Below are positions 25,601 to 36,453 of a stretch of 64,000 nucleotides of DNA, in pieces (position 1 is the first letter of the stretch; the number at the start of each line of letters is the position of its first letter). The DNA lies in contig NC_134025.1 of assembly GCF_964204645.1 (NCBI RefSeq), positions 20,373,101 through 20,437,100 on the forward strand, read 5' to 3'. The notes below the pieces were generated by a model. That model did not search any database, was not told the DNA's origin, and worked only from the letters and a program-made list of their open reading frames with translations. A program made the translations under genes and the position numbers. The stretch is from Tubulanus polymorphus. Its lineage: Eukaryota; Animalia; Nemertea.

Positions 25601-28600
25601 ACAAGGGGCGGATTTAGGCAGGAAGAAAGGGCACTTTTTAATTGTGGCCGGGTGTCCTGGCGAGTGAGATGCTTGGAAGATTTTGAAAAATTTAGGTACA
25701 TTTTTATGCATTTTTAGTGCATATTAGATTAAGGTCAGTACAGGGGATTAGAAGCCTTTATCAAGTGGATTTTCAAAAGGGAACCTGGGCAGGGGGCTGT
25801 GGTGGGCAAGTTCCTGACTAGTGTGGTACTGTATTGTCTGATTAACCACCATTTGGTCTAAGTAATGTAGTAGTGTGAACGTAAATTAACAATTGAAAAA
25901 ACACGAATGATAATGATTTTTTGACGCGTTATAAAACGTTACCATTATGAAACCTAAACAATGCTAACCATTCAGCGTCATTTTACAAACGACAGCCGTA
26001 AATCGATGTGCAAAACGTCACAGGTTTATGTGTACACAAACAAGCTATCTGGCAAAATATTATTGACATAGATGTAGAATGGCTTCCTGTGATTATATAA
26101 TGACCTATATTTGAACATCGAAATGTTATATTGCATTGAATATCATTAGAAGACATATTGTAATAGTAAAGGATGTATGATTATATCAGAAGCGACAGGC
26201 ATAAATAGAAATGATAAGTAAATCGGATTATTCGGTTAAATGGCGGATGTATACACGATGCGGAAGTCTGATATAAAAGTCAGACCCTGACGTGGGCATG
26301 CCGGTGAAATGACGAAGCTATCTACGATCTGAGTAGGGCAAGCGTGAATTTCATCAGCGGCTACAAGCGGTCAATATAAAAACGTGTAAACATATAATTT
26401 CAATATTCAAACGTTTTAGAAAATATGTTTGATATTAGGAGTATGCAAGTTTCGTGAGATTAGCAATTTATAATAGCATAGCTGTCATATACGGCTCCGT
26501 GTCCTCTGATGGCATGTGTATTAGGTGACAATTCAATTCAATTATTTATTGATCCTTATTACATTGAAATTCCGGGATAAAATTCCCAAATTCAATAAAT
26601 AAAAATTTTAAAATAAATTAATACAACATACATGACACACGGGTAATTCATACAGAACAACATAAGCGAGTTACTTTAAATGACAATGTCTACTTCAACC
26701 CACCCAGACTCAAGACTCTAGGATATCGAGTGACAGCCAAACCCGTGGCCCGGGCCGGCTGGCTAGGCCACACGATATGCTCGAAGTCATGATGAAGCAG
26801 ACATCAGAAGAGCTCTTTCTTCATCCATGGAGGCAATGAAGTTGCAGACCAGCTTAGAGGCATAAGTAAATGAAGTCGGTCGCAAGTTCGCGATCAATTA
26901 TTGAGAATTTTCAATAAAAGAATTTAAACCACTACTAGAGTCGAAGACCTGTTTCATCTACCCAATCGCCAAATCTCATCATTCCCCAAATTTCTTAAAA
27001 CTTCGATTTCAAATTTGCAATTCCACATTAGCTTAGCCCAGAAATTCTACATTTTTTCCCCAGGCATCAAATAATTTTCTAAAATTAATTTTCTTGTTCT
27101 ATTTTTAGATGAAGTATCAAATATGGGAGTCAGATTTAGACTTTACGGTTGTGAACGCATGCGACGAGAACGTATGATCGGGGAAAGCGTGGTCGGCTTC
27201 GCATCTTTAAATCTTGACACGGAAACGACTCATAATCTCACGTTAGAACCGCGTAGCAATATCAGCGTAAGTTCAAAACTCAGGGTTCTTTATGGGCACT
27301 AAAAAAAGGGGTTGCAAAATACGCACTGCCCTCCGGACAGGTAGAAATCACTGAAACGATACGTGCTGTACTAAAACATTAGGGAGTGAACGTCAAAATA
27401 AATCGCTCAATGAAAATGAACTAAACCTTGTCAGTCAGCTGCTAAATGGCTGTCGTTAGTAATGAAAAAGGTTACAAACCTTAGGCATATCAGTAGTCGA
27501 ACTAGGGCCTCATACCTACATCGGTAATGCTATTTATCAGGTTTTTATTGTACATTGGAAATTGATAAACCTTTTCAGACATTCGACATATATTCCCCAG
27601 CCCAAATTTACAGTGCCGAGGCTTAAGAGGCAAACATTTCAATGCCACCGACAATTATCGTATGTACAATAATTTTACTTGTGAACAGTAGAGAGAGTAG
27701 AGACAGTTCTTTTGTGAACCACATTTACTTCGGTTAAGTTAAAAATTCTGTGGTATTTAAAAAGATTTCCTATGGTATGGTTCCTATGTTTTGCGTACCA
27801 GGGTAGTATAGATTTTGTAGATTGCCGTGTTCGTTCAATATGAAATGGGAGTAAAAGGTTTACGCAGATATGCCTTTAGGTAAAGCTTTAGTTCCTTTGC
27901 TACGGACTGATCCCAGATAAAACTGGAATTTACCGTACAGGCATAACCATAATGTCAAAGGCTACATTTGATTTCATACTGAGATTATGCAGAAGATTAT
28001 CCTTTGATAGAAACCTTTCATGCCGCGGCGTTTCTTGTCTTGAGATCTTTGCTACTGTGGTAACTGCAGTTTTTAAGCTTTATCCCGATAGCTCATAGCA
28101 ATCTAATGATTGGTGTATTTTGCTGCCTCCAATATTTCACCCTTGATCTTTTTCACTGGCATTTTTTTCAGTACAGAACTGCCGGCAACCAAAAGATTTC
28201 TTTATTTTATTTTTCATTTTTGATGGATATTGTTAAAGACTTTTCATTTTTGATGGATATTGTTAAAGACTAAGTCTTTTTATGTCATCACGAGGAGCCA
28301 GTTATGCACTCTAGGATAAGACTTTGACCAGTCTAACAATCTTGGTTGTCGAGCCAATCTAACACAAACATAAAGGAATTAGATCACAACAGTTCAGCTT
28401 CGACCCAGAGAATATGTCTTGAAATTCATCCATGTCGAATTCAGCATCTTTGTCTGAATACCTGAATATTCATAGATGGTGAAAATCAGTTTGGCGTATA
28501 GAAAGGTTTACAGTATTGTTGGTTCGACCAATAGGGGTGGTTCTTGGAATGTGCAAATATCACAGCATTCAAGGATATCAAACCAATTGGTTTTGGAATC

Positions 28601-30525
28601 GGCTAAGAATGAAATCCAAGCCTATCATCTTATTGCTCTATTTTGGCTCTCGATGTCAAGTTAGTAGTTGAATGAAACACTATAATTTGTGTAAACTTCA
28701 AATGAATGAAGTCCGGCAATAGAATTTCATGACATAGTTGACTAACAGCCATCATCAGGTGGAATGACCAGAAACACAGGTAACAAAGCAGCATATCAAC
28801 TCGGAGGACATCTATCACAAATGTTTTCCTGTTTGGTCTGTTTAAAAAAAACTCTGATATAGATGATTGAAGTACCTTGTATAAATCGATCAAATTAAAA
28901 CATCTTTTTTAATTGGTCCCAATAGTTATATCACCTGTGACAAAATCCAATAACCGTTGCATTGTGCAGATGAACATTGAAACAATAAGAGCAAAAGCAT
29001 TGCTTGAGATTTTGAAATAGGATTTTATGAACATTTGATATGGCTGAAGCTGGGACCGTTGGACATGGGAAAGTTAAATCGGTGATTAAATCTTTTTGGC
29101 GATTTGTCGATTTTAGCTTTAACCAGACTCATTGTTACTAAAATGAATTGAGGTCGTTTGTGATTTCATATGAGCGAAGTGATAATTCGAGTTAGATGAT
29201 GGAAATCTGAATGATATTCCATTAAAAGCTTACGGGGACATGATTTTCAATATAAATCATAGTTTCAATATTAATCATAGTTTGACTTGTTTGAGCCTGT
29301 TTTTGTTTTTCAATTACACCGGTTGACGTTATGACGCATTAAGCAACTCTTTTCAGGTCTTTCTTGATGAGATCTGTTAGCTTCTCGAAACATTCTAGAA
29401 TGAGTCACATATTTTCTATGCTTGTTATTTATTGCCTTTCATATTTTTTCTAGCACGGCGATTCAAAAATGGATGTTAGTAGCTTGTCACGTAGCGATAG
29501 CGCATCGTCGACACAATCAATGCAACACGGAGGCATGCCGGAATTATTGCTGGGATTGTCGTATAACGGAACCACCGGGCGTTTGAGCGTCGAAGTTATT
29601 AAGGGAAGTAACTTCCGTAATATGGCTATGACTAGGGCTCCAGGTATGTCACAAACACAGAACTTCCGAATGTTCCTGATTTTCATTGTTTCGTTACTAT
29701 TTTCTCCGCGAGAAATACTGATGTGATTTGTTTGATGCGAAGAGGAATGTGATTAGTTTGACCATATTCTTTCATATTTCTATGAAGAAAATTTTGCTAC
29801 TGATCATATTACTTGCTGAATATTTATGTTGTTTTGTTTTCTTGCGTCAGATACTTATGTGAAGATTACGCTCATGAGCGCTAATGGCCAAGAGATAGCG
29901 CGCAGTAAAACTTCAATCCGCCGAGGACAGCCGAATCCGCTTTTCAAAGAAACGTTTATGTTCCAAGTGGCGTTGTTTCAACTTCCCGACGTCACGCTGA
30001 TGGTATCCGTGTACAATAAACGTAGCATGAAACGAAAGGAAATGATTGGCTGGTTTTCAACAGGTATGTATCCACTGAGTATCAGTTCTGTGCTTGTACT
30101 TGTATAGTGTCAGTGTATTAAAGCTCTCAGTTCTATGCGTGTCATTGAGTCATTTGGACTTGGGTTCACAATTCAACCTTTTTCTGCGCTACTTCACTTT
30201 TTACCTACCAGGTATTTTCGCAGTTTGTTTTTGAGTTGAGCTATGTGTTATGAGTTAAAATTGAGCTCTAATAGAGTTAGATATGCCTGTGGACAATGGA
30301 CCCAGTTCTGCAATGCTTTCTCAAATTCCTTGATATCGTTCTTTCAAATTGTTTAGAATATATATGCCAACATTATAGCATTAGCGATGATATCTGACTC
30401 ATCTTTTCTTTGAATCATTTCTAGGTTTGAATAGCAGCGGAGAGGAAGAATTATCACATTGGAAAGATATGGTTGATAGCAAGGGTGAACAATGCTGTCG
30501 CTGGCATGTACTTCTAGAGGCATAA
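3246..30525 (+). CDS. SYT14: Synaptotagmin-14/16-like gene, 5'-partial (exons 3246-3466, 5641-5667, 12996-13106, 16002-16079, 23649-23925, 27109-27266, 29454-29643, 29851-30063, 30425-30525)
   Basis: Spliced translation gives tandem C2 domains with SYT14/16-type motifs ([19 protein letters not shown]; [28 protein letters not shown]; DTYVKITL...[26 protein letters not shown]; [13 protein letters not shown]...CRWHVLLEA*). All junctions are GT-AG with compatible phases. The N-terminal TM exon(s) are not in the window. Confidence 0.92.
5104..5300 (-). repeat. Tandem pair of tRNA-derived SINE-like fragments
   Basis: Two ~95-bp units, each with a B-box-like GGTTCGAATCCC on the - strand; no cloverleaf. 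Confidence 0.35.
5641..5667 (+). CDS. SYT14: SYT14-like 27-nt microexon (DHESIHGDE)
   Basis: cttgctttcatcacag acceptor and GAG|gtaagc donor; phase 0-0, no stop. Confidence 0.65.
6502..6774 (+). mobile_element. ~300-bp MITE family A (TIR AGCNGCRATCACACG), full copy
   Basis: TIRs at both ends; interior shared with ~11 other copies in the window. Confidence 0.75.
7218..7241. repeat. (GAT)n microsatellite
   Basis: About 8 GAT units. Confidence 0.9.
7357..7645 (+). mobile_element. MITE family A copy
   Basis: AGCGGCGATCAC...TGATTGCAGCT ends; shared interior (ttaagcattgtttagtatcgagtgagtgg). Confidence 0.7.
7720..10345. mobile_element. Large non-coding foldback/TIR DNA element with duplicated right arm
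   Basis: Termini ATAAACCATTTTACAGTTGCTAGCCGCC / GGCGGCTAGCAACTGTAAAATGGTTTAT flanked by TA; left arm 7720-8577 is inverted at both ~9060-9633 and 9634-10345. Confidence 0.85.
10457..10570. repeat. Short palindromic MITE-like repeat (related pieces near 15590-15720, 16140-16240, 30800-30905)
   Basis: TTCCACAGTTCTGAGTTA...TAACTCACAACTGTGGAA arms. Confidence 0.55.
10873..12359. mobile_element. Relative of the 15266 MITE with a nested ~1.3-kb TIR element (10970-12274)
   Basis: Outer ends CTGTAGACTCGGCTGAAGT / ACTTGAGTTGAGTCAACTG|TA; inner TIR GTAAACCTCCCGTAAGTCGG / CCGACTTACGGAAGTTTTAC (18/20). Confidence 0.55.
12996..13106 (+). CDS. SYT14: SYT14-like acidic linker exon ([37 protein letters not shown])
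   Basis: taatttag acceptor and GAG|gtatgt donor; 111 nt, phase 0-0; GC-rich island in an AT-rich intron. Confidence 0.7.
13291..13462. mobile_element. Short PLE remnant: inverted 3' tail + hammerhead-bearing pLTR end
   Basis: 13351-13390 is TTCCTGTAGATGACTATAAGAATATAGTCGAAACGTCGAA, followed by ATCATTGTGGGATTCTCT; 13291-13342 is the reverse complement of the 60897-60944 pLTR end and tail. Confidence 0.75.
14014..14272. mobile_element. piggyBac-type MITE, diverged copy
   Basis: CCCTTTCAGTGC...GCACTGAAAGGG TIRs; interior resembles the reverse complement of 46927-47200. Confidence 0.7.
15266..15451. mobile_element. Tc1/mariner(Tigger)-type MITE
   Basis: CAGTAGACTCAACTCAAGT...ACTTGAGTGGAGTCTACTG|TA. 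Confidence 0.65.
16002..16079 (+). CDS. SYT14: SYT14-like linker exon ([26 protein letters not shown])
   Basis: gggtttcag acceptor and GAG|gtatct donor; 78 nt, phase 0-0. Confidence 0.55.
17117..17833 (+). CDS. Probable alternative first coding exon of the SYT14-like gene (239 aa, MDERISFQ...SSKRE)
   Basis: Long CpG-rich ORF with an AAAATGG start context; GAG|gtagtt donor at 17833 is phase 0, matching the 23649 acceptor; the unspliced ORF stops at 17908. Confidence 0.65.
19219..19411 (+). mobile_element. MITE family A, 5'-truncated copy
   Basis: Shared interior and 3' TIR (ATGTGATCGTGGCT). Confidence 0.65.
19490..20138. mobile_element. Degenerate inverted PLE pLTR pair with decayed hammerheads, interrupted by (TA)n and a ~300-bp insertion
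   Basis: 19518-19580 is inverted relative to 20078-20138, and 19640-19670 relative to 19738-19768; hammerhead-like consensus CTGATGA-GGCTAA..TTAGCC-GAAA; tail motif ACACGGATATTGTGT on - strand. Confidence 0.55.
19585..19625. repeat. (TA)n microsatellite
   Basis: TA run. Confidence 0.95.
23649..23925 (+). CDS. SYT14: SYT14-like C2A exon 1
   Basis: ttttccag|[10 protein letters not shown]...[11 protein letters not shown]...[28 protein letters not shown]|gtgag. Confidence 0.92.
26530..26852 (-). mobile_element. Probable 5'-truncated LINE 3' end
   Basis: Minus strand ends AATAAATAATTGAATTGAATT (short tandem tail), preceded by a short ORF end [20 protein letters not shown] and a GC-rich 3' UTR. 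Confidence 0.4.
27109..27266 (+). CDS. SYT14: SYT14-like C2A exon 2
   Basis: tttttag|(D)[52 protein letters not shown]|gtaagt. Confidence 0.92.
28211..28270. repeat. Perfect 30-bp tandem duplication
   Basis: TTTTCATTTTTGATGGATATTGTTAAAGAC x2. Confidence 0.9.
29454..29643 (+). CDS. SYT14: SYT14-like linker/C2B exon 1
   Basis: ttttctag|[63 protein letters not shown]|gtatgt. Confidence 0.93.
29851..30063 (+). CDS. SYT14: SYT14-like C2B exon 2
   Basis: cgtcag|(D)[35 protein letters not shown]...[11 protein letters not shown]|gtatgt. Confidence 0.93.
30425..30525 (+). CDS. SYT14: SYT14-like terminal coding exon
   Basis: tttctag|(G)[32 protein letters not shown] matches the SYT14/16 C-terminus. 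Confidence 0.92.
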
Positions 30526-31280
30526 AATGCGCTTTCACGTTGTCTTATTGATGTGAAGCCAAAGAATTAAACAAAGAATTCTCTTCAAAATTGGGTGTCG
30601 TTGTGTTAAACATCGCGTTACATCCTGATAGTTATGACCCAAGTGGTCATAAATGTATGTACTGTACTGCTACTAGGGATATACAACGTAGCATGTTCAT
30701 GAAATGATATACTTACGGTGTTTGGGCAACCTGCTGGCCTAAGGCTGAATGTGCCGCATGAAATACCGTGAAAGCTCAATTGAAAAACCTGCTGGCCAGT
30801 TATTTAATGGCTGGTCGAAGTCAACAATGTTCCAATGAAAATTTGACTCTAGCGTGAAAAGTGAACTTGATTCAAATTTGACATATGGCTGTGGAATTGG
30901 GTCCTGGTGGATAAATTCTATAGCGGCAATTCGAATGGTAATTGCGCGTTAGTTAACTCGAACCAACTTTTGAGCGACTGACCCTTAAGTTGTTGCATCT
31001 CTAGTCAGAAGCATTCAGAGTTAACTCTCTTTGGGCAAACAAATTGTACCGAATAAGTGTAGAAGCCGGATCATGTCACAACATCCTCGTGTGCGCTGGG
31101 GACTTGAAACGAAAGCCACAGACCCCTGCTGTAGAATAAACCTCCTCCCGAATCATTAAAACAGTGTGTTATCATCCGATCTTGTGGTTTTGTTCATTTT
31201 ACACATGCACACACATCGATTGGCTCAGGGCGTTTTGAAGAGAAAATGAACTTGCCCAAAATACCTGTTTGTGCTACAGC

Positions 31281-32310
31281 AGGGGATTTGCCCCTTGATG
31301 TTACCAGGTTTGAATACCTGGGGGTTGGCATATGTAGACAAATATGATCTAGTCAGTAAAAATTAGGTATTACTATTAATGACATTGCTAAACGTCTTAA
31401 AATTCTCGATTAGAAAATACACCATCAGATAGAAGGCTTGTGTCTTTGAGAAGAAAGTTATGCAGGCTCATATTCTTTGAATTCTTGAGTATTTGCCGGT
31501 AATTCGAAACAGATGAAATATGAATGATTTCACTTTTACCGGTATTGAATTCTTAAATAATCTCTTCTCAAAGATCCATAGTGTTTATGCAGCATTCATT
31601 TGTTATCCTTAGAGCAAAGAAATATTGGGTATTTTCTGATGGCCTGTTTTTAGAAAAAATACATCTATCTGACTGATACTACGTCGAATATGCCAGTAAA
31701 TTTTATTTTTCACACTGCTTAGTACCGGTATCCAATATCAGAAAGTCACATTTTATTGAAATATTAGAACTTGGGTATTTAAGGGGATTTGCCCCTTGAT
31801 GCTACCAGGTTTGAATACCTGGGGGTTGGCATACGTTGACAAATATGATCTAGTCTGTAAAAGATTATCCATTCTGTGTTAGTAGGTATTACTATTCATG
31901 ACACTGCCAAACATCTTAAAATTCTCGATTAGAAAATACACCATCAGATAGAAGGTTTGTGTCTTTGAGAAGAAAGTTATGCAGCCTCATATTCTTTGAA
32001 TTCTTGAGTATTTGCCGGTAATTCGAAACAGATGAAATATGTATGATTTCACTTTTACCGGTATTGAATTCTTAAACAATCTCTTCTCAAAGATCCATAG
32101 TGTTTATGCAGCATTCATTTGTTATCCTTATGAAGATATGCGTTAAAGCAAAGAAATATTGGGTATTTGCTGATGGCCTGCTTTTAGAAAAAATACATCT
32201 ATCTGACTGATACTACATTGAATATGCCAGTACATTTTATTTTTCATACAGCTTAGTACCGGCATCCAATATCAGAAAGTCACATTTTATTGAAATATTC
32301 AACTTGGGTA
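31281..32310. repeat. ~500-bp tandem duplication (31281-31777 / 31782-32310)
   Basis: Two long near-identical units starting AGGGGATTTGCCCCTTGATG and ending AACTTGGGTA, with two short indels. Confidence 0.9.
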
Positions 32311-32633
32311 GGGACAAAAAGTGTGGTACTACACGATATTTGAATTAATTTGTAGGTAAGCTTATGCATCTAGATCGACATAGATGAACGTGATATAACA
32401 TCAAAACATGAACATGTCACGAGCCGACTATTAAGTGGTTAGCCAATTCCTGGATATAAGGTTCAAAAAGCTTCATTTGCAATAAACAGCTATTACTACT
32501 ACTATTGCTGTGCATTTAATCCTCGTACACGGATGTATATATACTGTGATCAAACATAAATGATGATGATGATAATGAACAAGAAGTCGGTAGTTGCAGC
32601 TATTTGCAACTGAATCGAAATATATATGATATT

Positions 32634-32753
<120 letters not shown>

Positions 32754-33157
32754 ATATTGATTCTATTATTATACTCTGACATTAACTATGATATATTGCT
32801 ATACCTATACTCACCGCATACACACAGGCACTTATATCGTAGTCATGTATGTGTTTGCAAAACAAATATTCGATACATCATCATCGTCGCTTTTCCAATA
32901 ACTTTCATGTTGCTCCTATTCAGTAGCAGATCTCCGGTCGGCGACGATCCGTCGCTCTCAAAAGTTTGGCTTATTGTTTGTGTAAAACTCAAGATTACTG
33001 GTAATTGGAAGGTCACTCATTATATATACTGCGTATACATGGCGTGTTTTTTCCATTCATTCTTTTTATTCACCTTCTCCAATCATTCTAACTATTGTGT
33101 GCGATTAGTTGTCGATTGCAAAAGGTTTTTTCCAACAAAAACACTGCGTAAAGATAC

Positions 33158-33483
33158 GCCACGATCACACAAGCACTTTTGGCTCGTGCTAGATTAGGCC
33201 TGAGTCAATTGTTTGCACTGATGCCAAATGGGTCTGTGCCAGGTGGACGTGGGCCAAATTTGCCTGACCAAAACATACCGGTCCTGTGCCGGGCCTAACT
33301 ATTCCATGCTAACTGGTTCTGGAAGTGATTCACCTTGCTTGCCATAACATCGATTTGATAGTGTTTTAGCTTCAAATGGGTGATTTTCATGAGCGGCCTT
33401 TTATTAGGCACGGACCAAATTTGGCGCGTGTCTATTGTGGGCCATTTTTAACCAAGGCATATAGTCTCTGCGTGATTGCAGCT
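33158..33483 (+). mobile_element. MITE family A copy (in probable SYT14 3' UTR/downstream)
   Basis: GCCACGATCACAC...CGTGATTGCAGCT ends and shared interior. Confidence 0.68.
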
Positions 33484-36304
33484 ATAGATACCAAATTGCA
33501 GCAATTGACAATCAAAGCACCAAACGTGTCCCCAGCTTTTGAGTTGATAGTACCATGTGCTCTGCTCTAATCTATTTCTGCTTTTATTGGTTATCTGAGC
33601 AACTGGGCAATGTGTAGGGGTTAGTGATGTATACAAGGCTTATATCGATGTGCTATTATCAGTAATGATATGCAAGTGTTATAAGGTATATATTCGAAGG
33701 TTTTTGTTTTGTTTTCACATTAGAAAACTCATGTTTTTTCATTTGATATCAGTTTTGAAGTTATTGGAGCATCCTCCCTTTTGGGGACTTGAACCTGATA
33801 GTGACCAGAGCGCAGCTCATGATAGCCTTTTGGGAATCAATGTCTACAGAAGCCATTTAAGAAAAACTAACCTCAACAAATTATTCCCTTTTCATTAGCC
33901 ATGATAACGCAATACTGGAATGAAATATATCAAGTTTTTTTGGTAGAATATGATCTCATCTTTAAGATCAAACTTTTAGGGATTATTTCTATAGTTTGTA
34001 TCGCTACAAGGTCATGCAAATGTTATTCCAACCTCTTTATCCATTTGACGTTCTTTACAGAAGGTTTGAATATACTCAAGGTAAATTCTAATTGGGTCCA
34101 TGTGATGCTGCATTTCGCATGAGTGGTTCAAATCTCTGCAAGAGAGGATGCGTATTTGAGTAATTGAAATCAAAAGAGAATTGTTTCGACTGTAAGAAAT
34201 TGACTGCTGGCCGGCAATTTACTTTTTAAGCGTCGCTCACTGAAATATTGATCACAATCGTGTTAAGAAATTATTGGAAAAAATATTGGTTTTAACCTAC
34301 GTAGCGTTTTCATTATGATTGTATTGTATTGAATTAGTATTTAGTTATGTCGTTTTTACAATGGATATATATATATATTATTTTGTTATACAAAAAACGT
34401 ACAAGTCAAATTCGTTTGTTTATACCTTATGTTGTTTTCTTGGGCTGCGTTTTTTCAAAGTAGTGTTAGCCTATCCCCAGTGACGTTTTAACCGCTTTTA
34501 GACACATAGTTCAAAAATTGGCTCTGTAGTACTATGGAATCTTATTTTTCTAAATAGCAAACTCATTGTTATTGCTATAGTTGAGACTAGCCTATAAAAT
34601 TTGTCGAAATCGATCGGGCCTCTTACATAGTTTGGGTGTTTTACACGCAATTCAAAATGAAATCATTTGGGATAGGCGAACACTTGGTTAAATAACGCTG
34701 TGCTGATATCTGTTTAGAATTTGATTTTTTTATTCTTCGTACTTTGTCTGTCTAACATTCCTGAACGATCTTCGGTCATCGTGTCATTATTTTCATGCAT
34801 GGATATATACATTTCTAACATTCCTTTATATATTTCGGTTTTGCAGCTCATTGCCAGTGTACATGTATGTATTTCTGAGAACTAGCTGAAATAGTAGACA
34901 TCATTACAGCTGAAAAGCCAAACTAAAAGCCAAGCTCAGGTCGACTGATTCCATAATGTATTGTATGGTATTTTCCCATCGGACATTTTTTCAACATGAC
35001 TTCTTTAAATCGTTTGTAATGGCTACCATAATTCATGATTCCGACAGTACTGAGAAATCAAGAAAAACTTGAGAAGTTAAGAATGATACTTGAAAATATT
35101 TGGGAATTTCATAGATTTCCCTCTTACCTGGAAAATATTTGGGCCATTCATTTTACATGATAAGTGTCACGTAACATAGTTGTGGCATGTCAGTTGATTG
35201 CCTAATGGCAACTTTTTTCAAAAATGTATGACTTCACTTTCACGAATACTCCATTATACATCAGGAAAATCGCCCATGAAATACTTAGAAACTTTGAATT
35301 CTCGTAACTGTGGGAAAAATGGTAGTTAGCCTATTGCTGAGTGCTTACCACTGAATATGGGGTTGGATCGTCAGTTGACCTGAATTAAGTTCAATATTCA
35401 TGACTAAACTCCTATCATTCTTAAGTATTACCATTGTTATCTGTAAACTTACATATTGTTAGTTGGTTTTCGATATTCAAAAGTTGTTGGATCCAAGTTT
35501 AATGATCACTGTTGTACTTTTTTCTTTTTAAAATTATGAATAACGAAAGATTTTAAAATTTCGATTTCGTCGCTCGTAACTATTCCTATCGGACGTGTCC
35601 TCTCTACGGGAGAAGCAAAGTGACCATGAATTAATGATTCTGAAATCTGAATGAATGCATAAAAATCTCATAATTTGACGATATTGAATGAGAAAATGTC
35701 AGAAAATTTTAAAAGCTCGCCGCTCATATTTTGTTTATTGATCAATGTGTTTTTTCAAAGAGGGAAAACCTGATTGAAACAGTAGCGAGTATCCAGAGTG
35801 TCTTGCTTCGTCAAGCAGAAATAAGATTTTCATTGGCACTTTTTCTTTTTAGAGACAAACATTCTTTATTACTTCAGAAATTACCTTCAAAATTCAATGA
35901 ATATGGTTAAATATTTACCGATTATTGTTATTGTAACAAATTTTTATATCTACTTTATAACCCCCAAATGTGTATAAATTCTATATGGCTCAGGACAGCA
36001 CTGAGATAATAAAAATTGAATTATCTTTCAAATCAAGAGTGAGTTTTCCATGGATTTCCTCTGCAAATCAGGATCATTGACTATATACACGTATATGCGA
36101 TTTATTTCGTTGTTGAGTGGAAGAGACAAACTGATGTGACTAGGGGTCCAGGGATGCCATGGCCACTTGATAAAGGAAAATTTCAATATTTAACATGAAA
36201 TTATGCAGGAACAACCTTGAAACTCACCAAAATGAAACCCTTGTCATGGGCTAAAAATATAAATTTGATTGTTACAAAATATACAACATATACCGGTATA
36301 CAAA

Positions 36305-36453
36305 TTATTGCGTACGAATTGCAACTGATTCCAGAAATGACTCACTGTGTTTAGTATCTAGTGAATTGTTAACATGAGAATGCGCTCTCTAATTAGGCAC
36401 ACGCCAAATTCAACTTGGGCCTGATGCGTGCCAAGTTATCTCTGCGTGCGGCT
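36305..36453 (+). mobile_element. MITE family A partial copy
   Basis: gaattgcaactgattccagaa...gcgctctctaattaggcac interior. Confidence 0.55.
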
